Part shown: positions 63,897-64,000 of the stretch, piece by piece
Layout: the number at the start of each line of letters is the position of its first letter
Numbering within the stretch: the stretch's first letter is position 1
NCBI RefSeq assembly: GCF_006345805.1
Contig: NC_043000.1
Location: 28,520,001 to 28,584,000 of the forward strand
DNA length: 64,000 nt
From: Octopus sinensis
Taxonomy: Eukaryota
Direction: 5' to 3'
The notes under the pieces: generated by a model
The model's input: the letters and a program-made list of their open reading frames with translations, nothing else
Told to the model about the DNA's origin: nothing
The model's database searches: none
Translations under genes and position numbers: made by a program

Positions 63897-64000
63897 AAGG
63901 CGGCGAGCTGGCGGAAACCGCACGCCGGGCGAAATGCTTAGCAGTAGTTCGTCCGTCTTTCGTTTTGAGTTCAAATGCCACCGAGGTCGACTTTGCCTTT
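63897..64000 (+). mobile_element. SINE family A head, truncated by window end
   Basis: AAGGCGGCGAGCTGGC...GAGTTCAAAT...GAGGTCGACTTTGCCTTT. Confidence 0.8.

Overview
AT-rich eukaryotic genomic DNA, almost entirely intronic or intergenic in character and dominated by microsatellites ((TA)n, (CA)n, (TACA)n, (GATA)n, (AAT)n, (GAAA)n, (GGT)n). The repeat families resemble those I recall from octopus/coleoid cephalopod genomes; this assignment is inference and needs a search. Nearly all ORFs in the supplied track are microsatellite artefacts. Supportable features: about 30 copies of three tRNA-derived SINE families (here A, B, C), several with target-site duplications (TSDs); a full-length decayed mariner (45806-47076); other Tc1/mariner relics and MITEs; a GGATC-terminal MITE family with 8-bp TSDs, whose longer form carries TTAGGG-like repeats; two Helitron-like non-autonomous elements; CR1-type LINE 3' ends; hAT relics; and Penelope-like terminal repeats with minimal hammerhead ribozyme motifs. 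No complete host gene is recognisable, but there are several splice-site-bounded candidate exons (1427-1597, 7157-7216 + 7430-7515, 45358-45395 on minus). Most notable observations: a palindrome carrying two inverted minimal hammerheads, a rule-governed multimer architecture of SINE A, an exon-bearing inverted/direct rearrangement inside a (TA)n tract, a nested palindrome at 23.9 kb and an ~830-bp local duplication.
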